A DNA stretch of 32,000 bases, taken from the NCBI GenBank assembly GCA_038889235.1, contig JAWAHN010000001.1, positions 434,499-466,498 on the forward strand, given 5' to 3'. Both the position numbers and the translations under genes were made by a program. The notes under the pieces were generated by a model that worked only from the letters and a program-made list of their open reading frames with translations, had not been told where the DNA came from and made no database searches. Positions 1 to 8,856 of the stretch are shown here, one piece after another. How positions within the stretch are numbered: the stretch's first letter is position 1; every line of letters begins with the position of its first letter. This DNA is from Candidatus Jordarchaeales archaeon. Lineage in GTDB: Archaea > Asgardarchaeota > Jordiarchaeia > Jordiarchaeales > Freyrarchaeaceae.

Positions 1-751
1 CCACTTTGTCCCGTTTCTCAGCTAGCCTTGAACCATAAGATATGACTAGGTCTTTTCCATCTATTGTGACCTTGGCTAGGAGACCTTCTGGAGATTCAAA
101 CGTGAAAAATGGTTTTCCCTCTTCTACTTTGCAGCTAACGAGAAGCTCGGGAAACTCCTCCGAGAGCAGGGTGAACAATAACCCGAGCTTGGCTTTACCT
201 ATCAGCTCGGGTTCTACTTCAGTTGGCTTCGCTTCAACGATTTTTTCGACCTCAGGTTGGGGTGGTAGTGTCGGAGCTTCCCTAACAAGTTGGGCCTGCG
301 GAGTCCTAGCAGTTACTTCAGCCTTAGTAGGGGGCGGGGCGGGTATTTCAGCACTTGGCGGAGGCGACTCAACGACTGCTTCAACGAGCACCTTGTCTTT
401 GGCTACGTAGTGCCTTTTAAAGATGGCATTGAGGGCGTCAAATTTCTCTTTAACTTCGGGCTCGGAGAGCTTGGACTCGTCTATTTCAACCAGTTCTTTC
501 AAATTCCGTCCCACGTTTAGTTTACCGTACGAAAAACCACCTTTCATAACAGATTGAGCAATTCTTGCGGCGGCTCTCTTATCGACCATGCTTCTGTTCT
601 TTCCCATCCACAAGTAGAGTCGGCTGTCCACTTCGTCTATAAGTAGAATTAGCGAGTCGCTATTTATTGCGTCTTGGCTGAAGGGAATTGGTGCTTTATC
701 ACCTGACTCAACCTTAACCATAAGCATATATTTAGGCACGGAAGCAGACAC
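1..751 (-). CDS. Gelsolin-like domain protein (one gelsolin domain, Pro-rich linker, C-terminal domain; Asgard 1DGelX-like), 3'-truncated by the window edge
   Basis: Absent from the ORF track because it has no stop in the window. Hand translation from GTG 751 (SD-like AGGTGGT upstream) gives an open frame to position 1: MSASVPKYMLMVKVESG...DSLILLIDEVDSRLYLWMGKNRSMVDKRAAARIAQSV, matching the gelsolin pattern, then PPPSAEIPAPPPT. Confidence 0.75.
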   Translation of the reverse strand, partial: MSASVPKYMLMVKVESGDKAPIPFSQDAINSDSLILLIDEVDSRLYLWMGKNRSMVDKRAAARIAQSVMKGGFSYGKLNVGRNLKELVEIDESKLSEPEVKEKFDALNAIFKRHYVAKDKVLVEAVVESPPPSAEIPAPPPTKAEVTARTPQAQLVREAPTLPPQPEVEKIVEAKPTEVEPELIGKAKLGLLFTLLSEEFPELLVSCKVEEGKPFFTFESPEGLLAKVTIDGKDLVISYGSRLAEKRDKV

Positions 752-1154
752 AAAAGACCACCTACCAAGACTTCTCTGTTAAAACACCCGATTCAAATAG
801 TATTGGTTCCGGTACTATTTAAGGATTACATTTAAAAAAGGGGAGAGACTGCAGCAAACGGTAAAACACTTACTTCCCTTCTAAAAGAGATGCCTAAAAA
901 CGGATGTTTGCCGTAATAGGTGCTTGAAGGAGCTAGTACATTAAGAGGGGGCGCACCAAACGTTCTTAGGCGTCACGGGAAAGAATACGCTGCTTGAAAA
1001 GTTGGTGAAAGATAGAGACACTTGGGAGTGTTTTAAGGTGTCTAGAGGGGCGATTACTTCTCTGAGGGAGAGGGGTCGTCGATGATCTTTCCGTGTGAAT
1101 GGAACCTTAAAGGATTCAAGTCGGAGATGTGGGGAGCGAAAAAAAGAAGGGGGT

Positions 1155-3584
1155 TTAAAGTGGGGGTTTCTTTTGCACGGTTACTTGGCGTACCACAGCG
1201 AAAGGTTTGAACTCACGCCCGGTACCATGGTAGAATTTCATGAACCACTCTACCCAGTGAAGCCTTAGTGTATGCAGGAATGATAGGAGCCCCTCGAAGG
1301 ACAATATGAGCAGCGAGATCAATATTGCCCCTATCAGGGATTCCTGTACTATCACAGGTATCTTTATGTTGAGAAACTCTTGCGTTGAAAGTGCTACTGC
1401 TAGTGTTGGCGTGTATGGGGGGATTTGTAGTCCTAGATGCGAGAATAGGTAGTGTACTGCCGCTAGAGCGAATATTCGTGCGAAGCTCACCGTGTGTGAC
1501 AGGAGTGATAACAGCTGGTCGAATATTTCCGAGAAACCTTCTGACTTGTCATGGGACACCGCTATTGTTCCAACAAGTGCCAGTATTGCCGGTAATAGTA
1601 CGAGGAAGAACACGCTTATTGATGCTGGAGGCAAGTGTATTTCAAAGCGGGAGGTCGAGTTCCAAAGGAAGAGCTGCTCAACTAAGTGGAGGGTCTCTGA
1701 CATTTTCTCTGGGAGAAGGTGTAATGCTTCGAGGAACTCTAAGGTGTGCCAGATTCCCTTGTCTAAAAGGTTGGGTGCTAGAGGCTCGAATACCTTTAAC
1801 GGCCTTACAGTCATGTAGGAAGTTATTGAAAGTCTCGTTATGAGTTCTTGCGCTGTGCGGGAAGCTTCGATCGCGTTAGCTAGGAGCCCAGCCGGGGTTT
1901 CGTGGTGGGCGTGAAGCAACTCTGTTAAATGCTTGTATAAGGCCTCTGCTGTCGGATCTAGGAACAGTGGAGTGTTTGTTAACGGGTTTACGATTAGCGG
2001 GGGCGTTGTGGAGAACCATTTCACGAAGTCTAATCCATACTGGTCGCTGAAAATTATGGTCATAGCTCCTATATGCGTCCACATTAGGCATATAGGCATG
2101 AAGAAAGCTTCCTTGAGTTTCCCCTCGTGGTAAAGGTTTACTACTCTGAGCAGGAAGCCGAAGTTTATTTCTATTATCGCGACGACTATGACGAGCCTTA
2201 GGAATCTGAAGTTTCCTTCTGGCGTGAACGGGTTAAACCAAAGTGGATCTATGACGTGATGTGAGCCGAAGAACGAGCCGTAAAGGAAGCCGAAAAGCAC
2301 TGACGCTAAGCCGCACCAGAAGAGGAGGGCGCCGGCCTTTAGACCATAGTTCATGATTTCGCCGACAACGGGTTTTCTAGTGCGCCACGCGACTAGAGCA
2401 AGCCCTATTAAGGCTAGTATTGCCCCGTGGGCTACATCTCCAAACATCATGCCGAATATCAGTGGGAAGGTTATTACCATGAACTTTGTTGGGTCGATCT
2501 CGTTATAATTTGGTATTCCGAAGCTCTTCACCAGGGCCTCGTATGGTTCTGCTATCTTCGGGTTTTCTAGCTTCGTCGGGCGCTCCTCTTCAGGCACAGT
2601 TGGCTCTATTACTTCTATAACCGCTGTTCTTTCAGTCGCCGCGTCTATTGCTTGGACGACTTTTTTCGCCGATTTCAGCGGGACCCAGCCCCATAGCTCA
2701 ACTGTGGTCTCGGTTCTCCTAAGGTAGTTTTTGACCTCTATTCTTTCTTTCTCTATGGATAGGATTTCCTTGCAGGCAAGTAGCTTGTAGCCGTACCGTT
2801 CTATTATCTTCCACTTTTCGTCTTCAAGCTTCTTAAGGCGGTCTTCCAGGGATTTAATTTGTTTGCGTGTTTTCTCGATTATTTTTTCAGTTGTCCCTTC
2901 AACCTCTGACGGAATCTTGAACTCTTCGAAGCCGAAGGCGGTTAAGAGACGTTGAACAATTTCCTTTTGCTCCTTGAAGACTGCTACTAGTAGAACTGCT
3001 CTACCTCCGCCTATGCTGGCGTGATGGAAGATGTAGTCACCTTTAGTCACCTCTGCTAGTCTCCATCTCAGCATGCCTATTTTGTCTTCAGAAATTGTTC
3101 CGGCGACTGCGTAAACGTAGCGCCCTTCCCCTATGTGAGCCAGCTCTATTCCAAGTGGTTTAACTGTTTCAGCTATCTTGAGAAGTGCACGCCGCTGCTC
3201 AAGCTCCTGGTTTGCCTTGGTAAATTCTTCTCTGAGCGCGTCAATTTTCGGTGCCGCAGCTTCGAGGGTCTCGCGCGCCATTGCCACTACGCTTGAGAGT
3301 TTTTCGTCGTCCACCGCCATCTTTTTGCTTTCAGGTAGGCGTGCAATGTATGGCACGTATTTCTCGATGTCTAAGTAGTCCACGTATTTTTGGATGTCGC
3401 TGAGCAGCTGTAGTGCCTCTTTCTCATCGTCACTCAGTTTGACTGGTACGACGCCACCCTTCTCTTCTATGTCTATTAATTCGACTTCTCCAAGCTCGTG
3501 TATGCAGCGGATGAGGGCACGCTCGTAATCTTTGTGGCAGACGACCTTCAGTATCCCTTGTTTAGCTGGACGTGGCCAAACCAT
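1155..3584 (-). CDS. atpI: A/V-type ATP synthase subunit I (a), about 809 aa, with a long loop insertion
   Basis: Motifs YNEIDPT, FGMMFGDVAHG, SHTVSFARIFAL and LHTLRLHWVEWFMKFY. Start moved from 3605 to ATG 3584 based on the SD-like GAGGGAG. Confidence 0.95.
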   Translation of the reverse strand: MVWPRPAKQGILKVVCHKDYERALIRCIHELGEVELIDIEEKGGVVPVKLSDDEKEALQLLSDIQKYVDYLDIEKYVPYIARLPESKKMAVDDEKLSSVVAMARETLEAAAPKIDALREEFTKANQELEQRRALLKIAETVKPLGIELAHIGEGRYVYAVAGTISEDKIGMLRWRLAEVTKGDYIFHHASIGGGRAVLLVAVFKEQKEIVQRLLTAFGFEEFKIPSEVEGTTEKIIEKTRKQIKSLEDRLKKLEDEKWKIIERYGYKLLACKEILSIEKERIEVKNYLRRTETTVELWGWVPLKSAKKVVQAIDAATERTAVIEVIEPTVPEEERPTKLENPKIAEPYEALVKSFGIPNYNEIDPTKFMVITFPLIFGMMFGDVAHGAILALIGLALVAWRTRKPVVGEIMNYGLKAGALLFWCGLASVLFGFLYGSFFGSHHVIDPLWFNPFTPEGNFRFLRLVIVVAIIEINFGFLLRVVNLYHEGKLKEAFFMPICLMWTHIGAMTIIFSDQYGLDFVKWFSTTPPLIVNPLTNTPLFLDPTAEALYKHLTELLHAHHETPAGLLANAIEASRTAQELITRLSITSYMTVRPLKVFEPLAPNLLDKGIWHTLEFLEALHLLPEKMSETLHLVEQLFLWNSTSRFEIHLPPASISVFFLVLLPAILALVGTIAVSHDKSEGFSEIFDQLLSLLSHTVSFARIFALAAVHYLFSHLGLQIPPYTPTLAVALSTQEFLNIKIPVIVQESLIGAILISLLILSFEGLLSFLHTLRLHWVEWFMKFYHGTGREFKPFAVVRQVTVQKKPPL

Positions 3585-3656
3585 TGTCGCTCCCTCATCG
3601 AACAATGTGAAAGAGGTTAATCTTCGAGGGACAGGCAGAAATCGATCAAATACATG

Positions 3657-4538
3657 TTATATACCTTTTGTTTCTTTGGAAGCCTTTTCCTCCTTCATGT
3701 TTGCAAGCTCCCTTAACAATTTTTCTTCTTCTTCTTTTGGGAGCTCGTAAGAGTGTTCTATGGTTGGATAGGCCCCGCTTCTCACTTCGCTAATGTACTT
3801 CTCTACAGCGTCCATTATGAACCTTTTAATGTTGCAGTACTGCTTCACGAACTTCGGCCTAAAGCCCTCGAAGAAGCCCAGTAGGTCGTGTGTCACCAGA
3901 ACTTGACCGTCACAGTGCACTCCAGCCCCTATACCTATCGTTGGGACGGAAACTGATTCCGTTATGATCTTGGCCACCTTCCAAGGGATGCATTCGAGGA
4001 CTATCGAAAATACGCCTGCTTTCTCTAGAATCTTAGCGTCTTCTATGAGTTTCTTTGCGGCCTCAGCTGTCCTACCCTGAACTTTGTATCCACCAAACTT
4101 GTGGATGGACTGTGGGGTTAAACCTATGTGCCCCATGACGGGGATACCGTTGTCCACAAGGAGCTTTACTATTGAAGCCATTTCTCTGCCTCCCTCAAGT
4201 TTAACGGCTTCAACGCCCCCCTCCTGCATGAGGCGGCCTGCGTTCTTGATAGCCAGTTCAGGTGTAGCATACGACATGAAAGGCATGTCTCCGACTACCA
4301 GCGCCCGCTTAACTCCTCTACTAACAGCTGCGCAATGTCTTACCATGTCGTCCATGGTTACTGGTATCGTGTTGGGGTAGCCTAGGATTACGTTGCCCAG
4401 AGAGTCGCCTACGAGTATCACGTCCACTCCAGCTTCGTCGAGAATAAGGGCGGTTGGGTAGTCGTAAGCGGTGAGCATTGTTATCTTCCTGCCTTCCTCT
4501 TTCATTAAGCGTAAGTCTATCACCGTTAACTTACCCAA
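3657..4538 (-). CDS. panB: 3-methyl-2-oxobutanoate hydroxymethyltransferase (ketopantoate hydroxymethyltransferase)
   Basis: Motifs KITMLTAYD, LVGDSLG, GDMPF, VKLEGG, GHIGLTPQ and IGIGAG. Probable TTG start at 4538 after GGAGGG. Confidence 0.97.
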   Translation of the reverse strand: MGKLTVIDLRLMKEEGRKITMLTAYDYPTALILDEAGVDVILVGDSLGNVILGYPNTIPVTMDDMVRHCAAVSRGVKRALVVGDMPFMSYATPELAIKNAGRLMQEGGVEAVKLEGGREMASIVKLLVDNGIPVMGHIGLTPQSIHKFGGYKVQGRTAEAAKKLIEDAKILEKAGVFSIVLECIPWKVAKIITESVSVPTIGIGAGVHCDGQVLVTHDLLGFFEGFRPKFVKQYCNIKRFIMDAVEKYISEVRSGAYPTIEHSYELPKEEEEKLLRELANMKEEKASKETKGI

Positions 4539-4694
4539 GACGATTGCCCTCCACGGCACACTCTGAGTGGAGAAAGTCGTTTATACGTTTTAAGCGTTTT
4601 CAAAATGGGTGCAGGGTCAATAGTTTCATTCTTTCCCTAAGTCAGGGGCTAGATTTCTGATGTTAAGTTTTAATCCGAGCGTTCTTTGACAATC

Positions 4695-4702
4695 TTTAAA
4701 TA
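4695..4702 (+). promoter_or_regulatory. Candidate TATA box of the hdrA operon
   Basis: TTTAAATA in the AT-rich intergenic region about 50 nt upstream of the hdrA start. Confidence 0.4.
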
Positions 4703-4752
4703 AAAATAGATCTTTGTTAAGACGGACAGCATGGAGGAGGTGTTAAAGAGGT

Positions 4753-6693
4753 TTGGGAAGTGAAATTACTCCTCGCATAGGTGTCTTCATATGCCACTGA
4801 GGCAAGAACATAGCTGGCGTCATCGATGTCGAAGCGCTCAAAGACTATGTTTCAACGCTGAAGGATGTCGTCTGGGTTGAGACCTACATTTCTCTCTGCA
4901 CACACGCCGGGGCGGAGCTGATAAAGGCGAGGGTGGAGGAGCACGAGCTGAACAGGGTGGTTGTCGCGGCGTGCACCCCTAAAACCCACGAAGAAGTCTT
5001 TAGGAGAGTGTTGCTCGAGGCTGGTCTGAGCCCCAGCATGTTGGAGTTCGTGAATATCAGGGAACACGATTCCTTCGTCCATATGACGGATCCCAAAAGC
5101 GCCTTAGAAATGGCTAAGGACGTTATAAGGGGAGCGGTGGCTAAGGCGAGACTTCTTGAAGAGATACCACGCATGCTACTTCCCGTGACCCCCAGTGTCC
5201 TCGTGATAGGGGGAGGCATAAGTGGCATACGGGCTGCGCTCGAAGTGGCTGAAAGCGGGTTCAAAGTGTACTTGGTTGAAAAAAGTCCGACGATCGGCGG
5301 GAGAATGGCGATGCTTGACAGAACTTTTCCAACGAATGACTGTGCCATCTGAATACTTGGCCCGTTAATGCTTGAGACTGCCAGGAGGGAGGAAGTGGAA
5401 ATTCTCACTTATAGCGAGGTCGAGTCGGTTGAAGGAAACGTGGGGGACTTCAAGGTTAAGGTTAGGAAGAAACCGAGGTATGTTAACGAGGAGCTCTGCA
5501 ATAGCTGTGGGGCATGCGCTGAGGTCTGCCCTGTTTTCATACCGAGTAGCTTCGATCTAGGGCTTGGAGTGAAGAAGGCGATACACCAGCCGTTTCCACA
5601 GGCTGTCCCACAAACGTACCTCATAGACATTGAGAGGTGTATAAGGTGCGGGCTGTGCGAGAAGGTGTGTGACAAGAAGGCTATAGACTTCAACCAAAAG
5701 GAGCAGGTAATTGAGCTGGAGGTCGGAGCTATAATAGTGGCTTGTGGCGGTGATTCCTATACGCCGAGGTTCGGTGAGTATGGCTACGGCAAGTATGCCA
5801 ACGTGATAACTCAGTTCCACTTGGAGAGAATGCTTGCCCCGAACGGACCAACGGGTGGAGAGGTTGTGAGGCCATCTGACGGAAAGAAACCTAGAAGAGT
5901 TGTCATGATCCAGTGCGTTGGCTTTAGAGATATGAAGAGGAACGAGTATTGTTCCAACGTGTGCTGCATGGTGGCTATCAAAAACGCGATGCTATTAAAG
6001 CAGCACTTGCAGGATGTCGAGGTCTTTGTCTGCTATACTGACGTGAGGTCGTACGGTAAGGGCTACGAGGAGTTCTATGTTCAGGCGAGGGAACATGGTG
6101 TTATATTCCTAAGGGGGCGCGTTGGAGAGGTCGTCGAGGACGCCGATACAGGTGAGCTCTTAGTAGTGGTCGAGGACACGCTTTCAGGCAGAGTAATTGA
6201 GCTAAGAGCTGACCTAGTCGTCCTCTCAACAGGAGTTGTGCCATCAAGTGACTTAAGCAGGATAGCCGAGATTCTGAAGCTCGAGCGGAGCCCAGATGGA
6301 TTCATAAAGGAGTTACACTCACGCTTAGCTCCAACAGACACTAAAATGCGCGGCATATATGTCTGCGGCGATGCGCAGGGGCCAAAGGCCATAGATGCGT
6401 GTGTAGCTCAGGCGAAAGCTGCCGCGGCATCTGTCATCAGCCTTCTTTCTATCGGAAAGGTGGAGCTCGAGCTTGCTACAGCAGTCGTCAAGGATGACAA
6501 GTGTAGTGGCTGTGGGCTTTGCGAGCTCGTCTGCCCCTACAACGCTATAAGCGTCGGCGACGTCGCAACGGTAAACGAGCTCCTGTGTAGGGGGTGCGGT
6601 AAGTGCGCTGCAACATGTCCCTCTAAGGCGATTTATAGGAGGGGTTACAGGGAGGAGCAGCTTGAAGCATACATAGATGAGATCGCGAAATAG
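4753..6693 (+). CDS. hdrA: Heterodisulfide reductase subunit A, selenoprotein with two in-frame UGA (Sec16 at 4798-4800, Sec200 at 5350-5352), 646 aa
   Basis: One frame runs from TTG 4753 (SD GGAGGTG) through GVFICH-TGA-GKNIAG, VVVAACTP, VLVIGGGISG, FPTNDCAI-TGA-ILGP and the ferredoxin motifs to TAG 6693. It joins track ORFs 4933..5352 and 5368..6693. Both TGA codons sit where HdrA has Cys. Confidence 0.93.
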
Positions 6694-6704
6694 GAGGATG
6701 ATGG

Positions 6705-7187
6705 ATGACTGAACCCAAAATCGGGGCCTTCCTCTGCTGGAAAGGGTTTGACAGCCCCCAGAAATGAGGTTATGGTGCTGCAGACATGGCGGGGACGATG
6801 AGGCTGCAGTATCCCGCTGCAATTAGGCCGATAAGAGTGCCGTGCGCCGGCAGAGTTTCAGCGGACTTGATAGCTAGGTTACTGTGGAAAGGTGCGGATG
6901 GCGTAATGGTTGTAGGGTGACGAGTCGGTGAGTGTGCGTTTGAAAACGGGAACATTATGGCAGCAAGGCACGTCGAGATAGTTCAAGACCTGCTGGAACT
7001 TATGGGTCTTGGCGCGGGGAGGGTGACGATGGTTTACTGCTCCTCGGCTGAGGGCAAATACTTCGCTGAGGCGGTTAGAGAAGTAAGCGAAAAAGTGAAG
7101 GCCTTGGGTCCTAACCCTTTAAAGGCGAAAAAAGCGGATGAGCTTGGAGCCAAAAGCGCACGAGCTCCAAGTGACCCCCTCAGCTAA
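6705..7187 (+). CDS. mvhD: MvhD/VhuD [2Fe-2S] subunit, selenoprotein with two UGA (6765-6767, 6918-6920) and a predicted 21-nt intron; join(6705..6742,6764..7187), 153 aa
   Basis: ATG 6705 follows GGAGG. The spliced product reads MTEPKIGAFLCWK-U-GYGAADMAGTMRLQYP...RVPCAGRV...GADGVMVVG-U-RVGECAFENGN...LGPNPL. The track shows only the last 76 aa. Confidence 0.92.
6743..6763 (+). other. Predicted BHB intron (21 nt) in mvhD mRNA
   Basis: Central helix CUGG(6737-40)/CCAG(6758-61), bulges AAA(6741-43) and AAA(6762-64), inner stem GGGUU/AGCCC with a UGAC loop, outer pairing CCUC/GAGG. Cutting after the second base of each bulge restores CxxU spacing. Confidence 0.8.
7136..7177 (+). promoter_or_regulatory. 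Eukaryote-like SECIS candidate inside the mvhD 3' coding region
   Basis: A-UGAG (7138-7142), 8-bp stem CUUGGAGC/GCUCCAAG (7143-50/7164-71), apical loop containing AAAA (7152-55), then UGAC (7172-75). This gives the tandem G.A/A.G core. Confidence 0.75.
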
Positions 7188-7272
7188 CGCGTGGGGGCTT
7201 TCATCTCCCACCGATATCTCAATAAAAGTTTCAATGGTTGGTTGTAGTGTGTAACAAAAATGTTCTCTCGGG

Positions 7273-8295
7273 TTGATGGGTGTGAGCGACAAAGGAGTCG
7301 AGTGGTTAGCATGTAAGAGTGATGTATACGCCTTGCTGCGTAGTTTGGTTAGGTGTTTACTGGAGGAAGGGGAAGTCTCAGGTGTCGCTTCAGGAGAGGT
7401 TAAAGAAGAAAAGATTTCACTGCGCATAGTTAGGGATGTTAAGGAAGTCGACGAGGCGCCTTTAGACCGTGTTTTGCTTTACGGTTACCGTGGACTGGAA
7501 TCGCCTGTCAGAGCCGTTAGAGATAGGAAGGGGGAAAGACTAGCTATTCTTGTGAAGCCGTGCGAAGCGAGAGCCTTGATTGAGCTCTCAAAAAGGAAGC
7601 AAGTTAGCCTAAGTTCGACGTTCGTTGCAGGTTTTGATTGTCCCGGAGTGAGCGTGAACAACACCGAGGGTAGCTTACTGGCTTTGAGCGACGCACCAGA
7701 ATACGAGGTTCTGAGGGAGGCATGTAAAAGGTGTGAGGTGCACACACCCCCATATAGCGACGTGGTGATAAGCCTGCTTGCATCAGCCGACATACCCCTC
7801 GTGAGGGCTGGGACCGAAAGGGGAGTGAAGATGCTCAGGATCCTTGAAAGAAAGGGGATTCGCTTCGGTAATCCGAGCCGAGAGCTTCTTTCGAAAAGGG
7901 AGGAAAAGTTAAAGATGCTGAACGAGAACGGTAAAAGGAGACTGGAGGAAGAGGAGAAGGAGCTGCTTTCAAAACCTGCCGCTGAGAGATTCTCTTGCTT
8001 CATGAGCTGGCTTGACTCATGCATTAAGTGTGGTGCGTGCATAAGGGCTTGTCCAATTTGTTACTGTAAGGATTGCATAGTTACGGCTAGACGAAAAGAT
8101 TACGCTCCTTCATTCTTCCTAGTTACGAAAATGCTCCACATGGCGGATTCCTGCGTTTGCTGCGGTAAGTGCGATGAAGTCTGCCCGAAAAGCATACCGT
8201 TATCGTATATATTCTACCACCTGGGAAGGAGGTTTGCCTCCAGATACAACTACCTAGCAGGAGTAGACTTCTCGAACCCTCCAAGAATAATCTGA
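7273..8295 (+). CDS. FdhB/FrhB-family protein with a C-terminal 2x[4Fe-4S] domain
   Basis: Motifs LAILVKPCEARALIEL, CKRC, CIKCGACIRACPICYC and HMADSCVCCGKCDEVCP. Lies directly downstream of hdrA-mvhD. Confidence 0.8.
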   Translation: MMGVSDKGVEWLACKSDVYALLRSLVRCLLEEGEVSGVASGEVKEEKISLRIVRDVKEVDEAPLDRVLLYGYRGLESPVRAVRDRKGERLAILVKPCEARALIELSKRKQVSLSSTFVAGFDCPGVSVNNTEGSLLALSDAPEYEVLREACKRCEVHTPPYSDVVISLLASADIPLVRAGTERGVKMLRILERKGIRFGNPSRELLSKREEKLKMLNENGKRRLEEEEKELLSKPAAERFSCFMSWLDSCIKCGACIRACPICYCKDCIVTARRKDYAPSFFLVTKMLHMADSCVCCGKCDEVCPKSIPLSYIFYHLGRRFASRYNYLAGVDFSNPPRII

Positions 8296-8462
8296 AAACA
8301 CTCTCTAAAATCCAAAAGACTAAACTTTAAAGGGGTTTAGGCGTTTCTAAGTGTGTAAATTGGGAAGGAAGGAGGTTTCACGGGGTTCTTTGCTTTTTTG
8401 GGACTTTTCGGGGAGCTAGGAGGGTTCGTTTAAAAATTGTTTAAAAAATGGATGAGATAGGA

Positions 8463-8744
8463 TTAATCGTATTTTTCGTCCCCTTCAACAATGTAAACTG
8501 CGAATACTCCGTCGTCGAACTCTTCGAACTTATCGATCCGCACTCTTATTCCGAGGTCTTCAAGTATGATGCGTAAGTCATCCAGGTAGTCGTAAACACC
8601 ACATGAGCGGCACCAGAAGGATCCGCTGAAAAATACGCCAAAATCCTTTTCACCTACTTGGACCAGTTCGGCAACCACTTCTGGAGCACGGTACTTGTTG
8701 TATTCCTGAATTGCAGCATGGAGTTTTTCCTTAAAGAGGTTCAA
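8463..8744 (-). CDS. Small hypothetical protein with a CxxC motif
   Basis: ORF containing FSGSFWCRSCGVYDYLDD. Probable TTG start at 8744 after GGAGG (track start 8762). Confidence 0.65.
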   Translation of the reverse strand: MNLFKEKLHAAIQEYNKYRAPEVVAELVQVGEKDFGVFFSGSFWCRSCGVYDYLDDLRIILEDLGIRVRIDKFEEFDDGVFAVYIVEGDEKYD

Positions 8745-8806
8745 GCAACTACTCCTCCGCAAATGTTGGGAAAAGTAGGGTGTTGGTAGCCCGGCCCAGA
8801 TTCGAA

Positions 8807-8818
8807 TTCCTCCCGTGT
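8807..8818 (-). other. tRNA intron 2 (12 nt, T-arm, position 53/54)
   Basis: Sequence ACACGGGAGGAA between G53 and T54, bulges AGA/AAU, CCCC/GAGG helix with one mismatch. Confidence 0.75.
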
Positions 8819-8856
8819 CTGGGGTCCCGGGGTCCAGAGCCCCGGATGCTTGGCCG

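Noticed and set aside
780-1150. Possible ncRNA or small ORF in the 370-nt gap between the gelsolin-like gene and atpI
   Set aside because: Only a weak AGACAC/GTGTCT hairpin is present. There is no recognisable RNA family and no ORF of 60 aa or more.
4731-4763. 10-codon ORF (MEEVLKRFGK) overlapping the hdrA start
   Set aside because: Most simply explained as the hdrA Shine-Dalgarno (GGAGGTG) region. There is no evidence it is translated.
4798-6920. hdrA and mvhD as nonsense-mutated pseudogenes
   Set aside because: All four interruptions are TGA, in frame and at conserved Cys positions, and a SECIS candidate is present.
7191-7211. GC-rich hairpin GUGGGGG/CUCCCAC after the mvhD stop as the SECIS
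   Set aside because: It lacks the AUGA/GA core and the methanococcal GAA/A internal loop. It may be a processing or stability hairpin.
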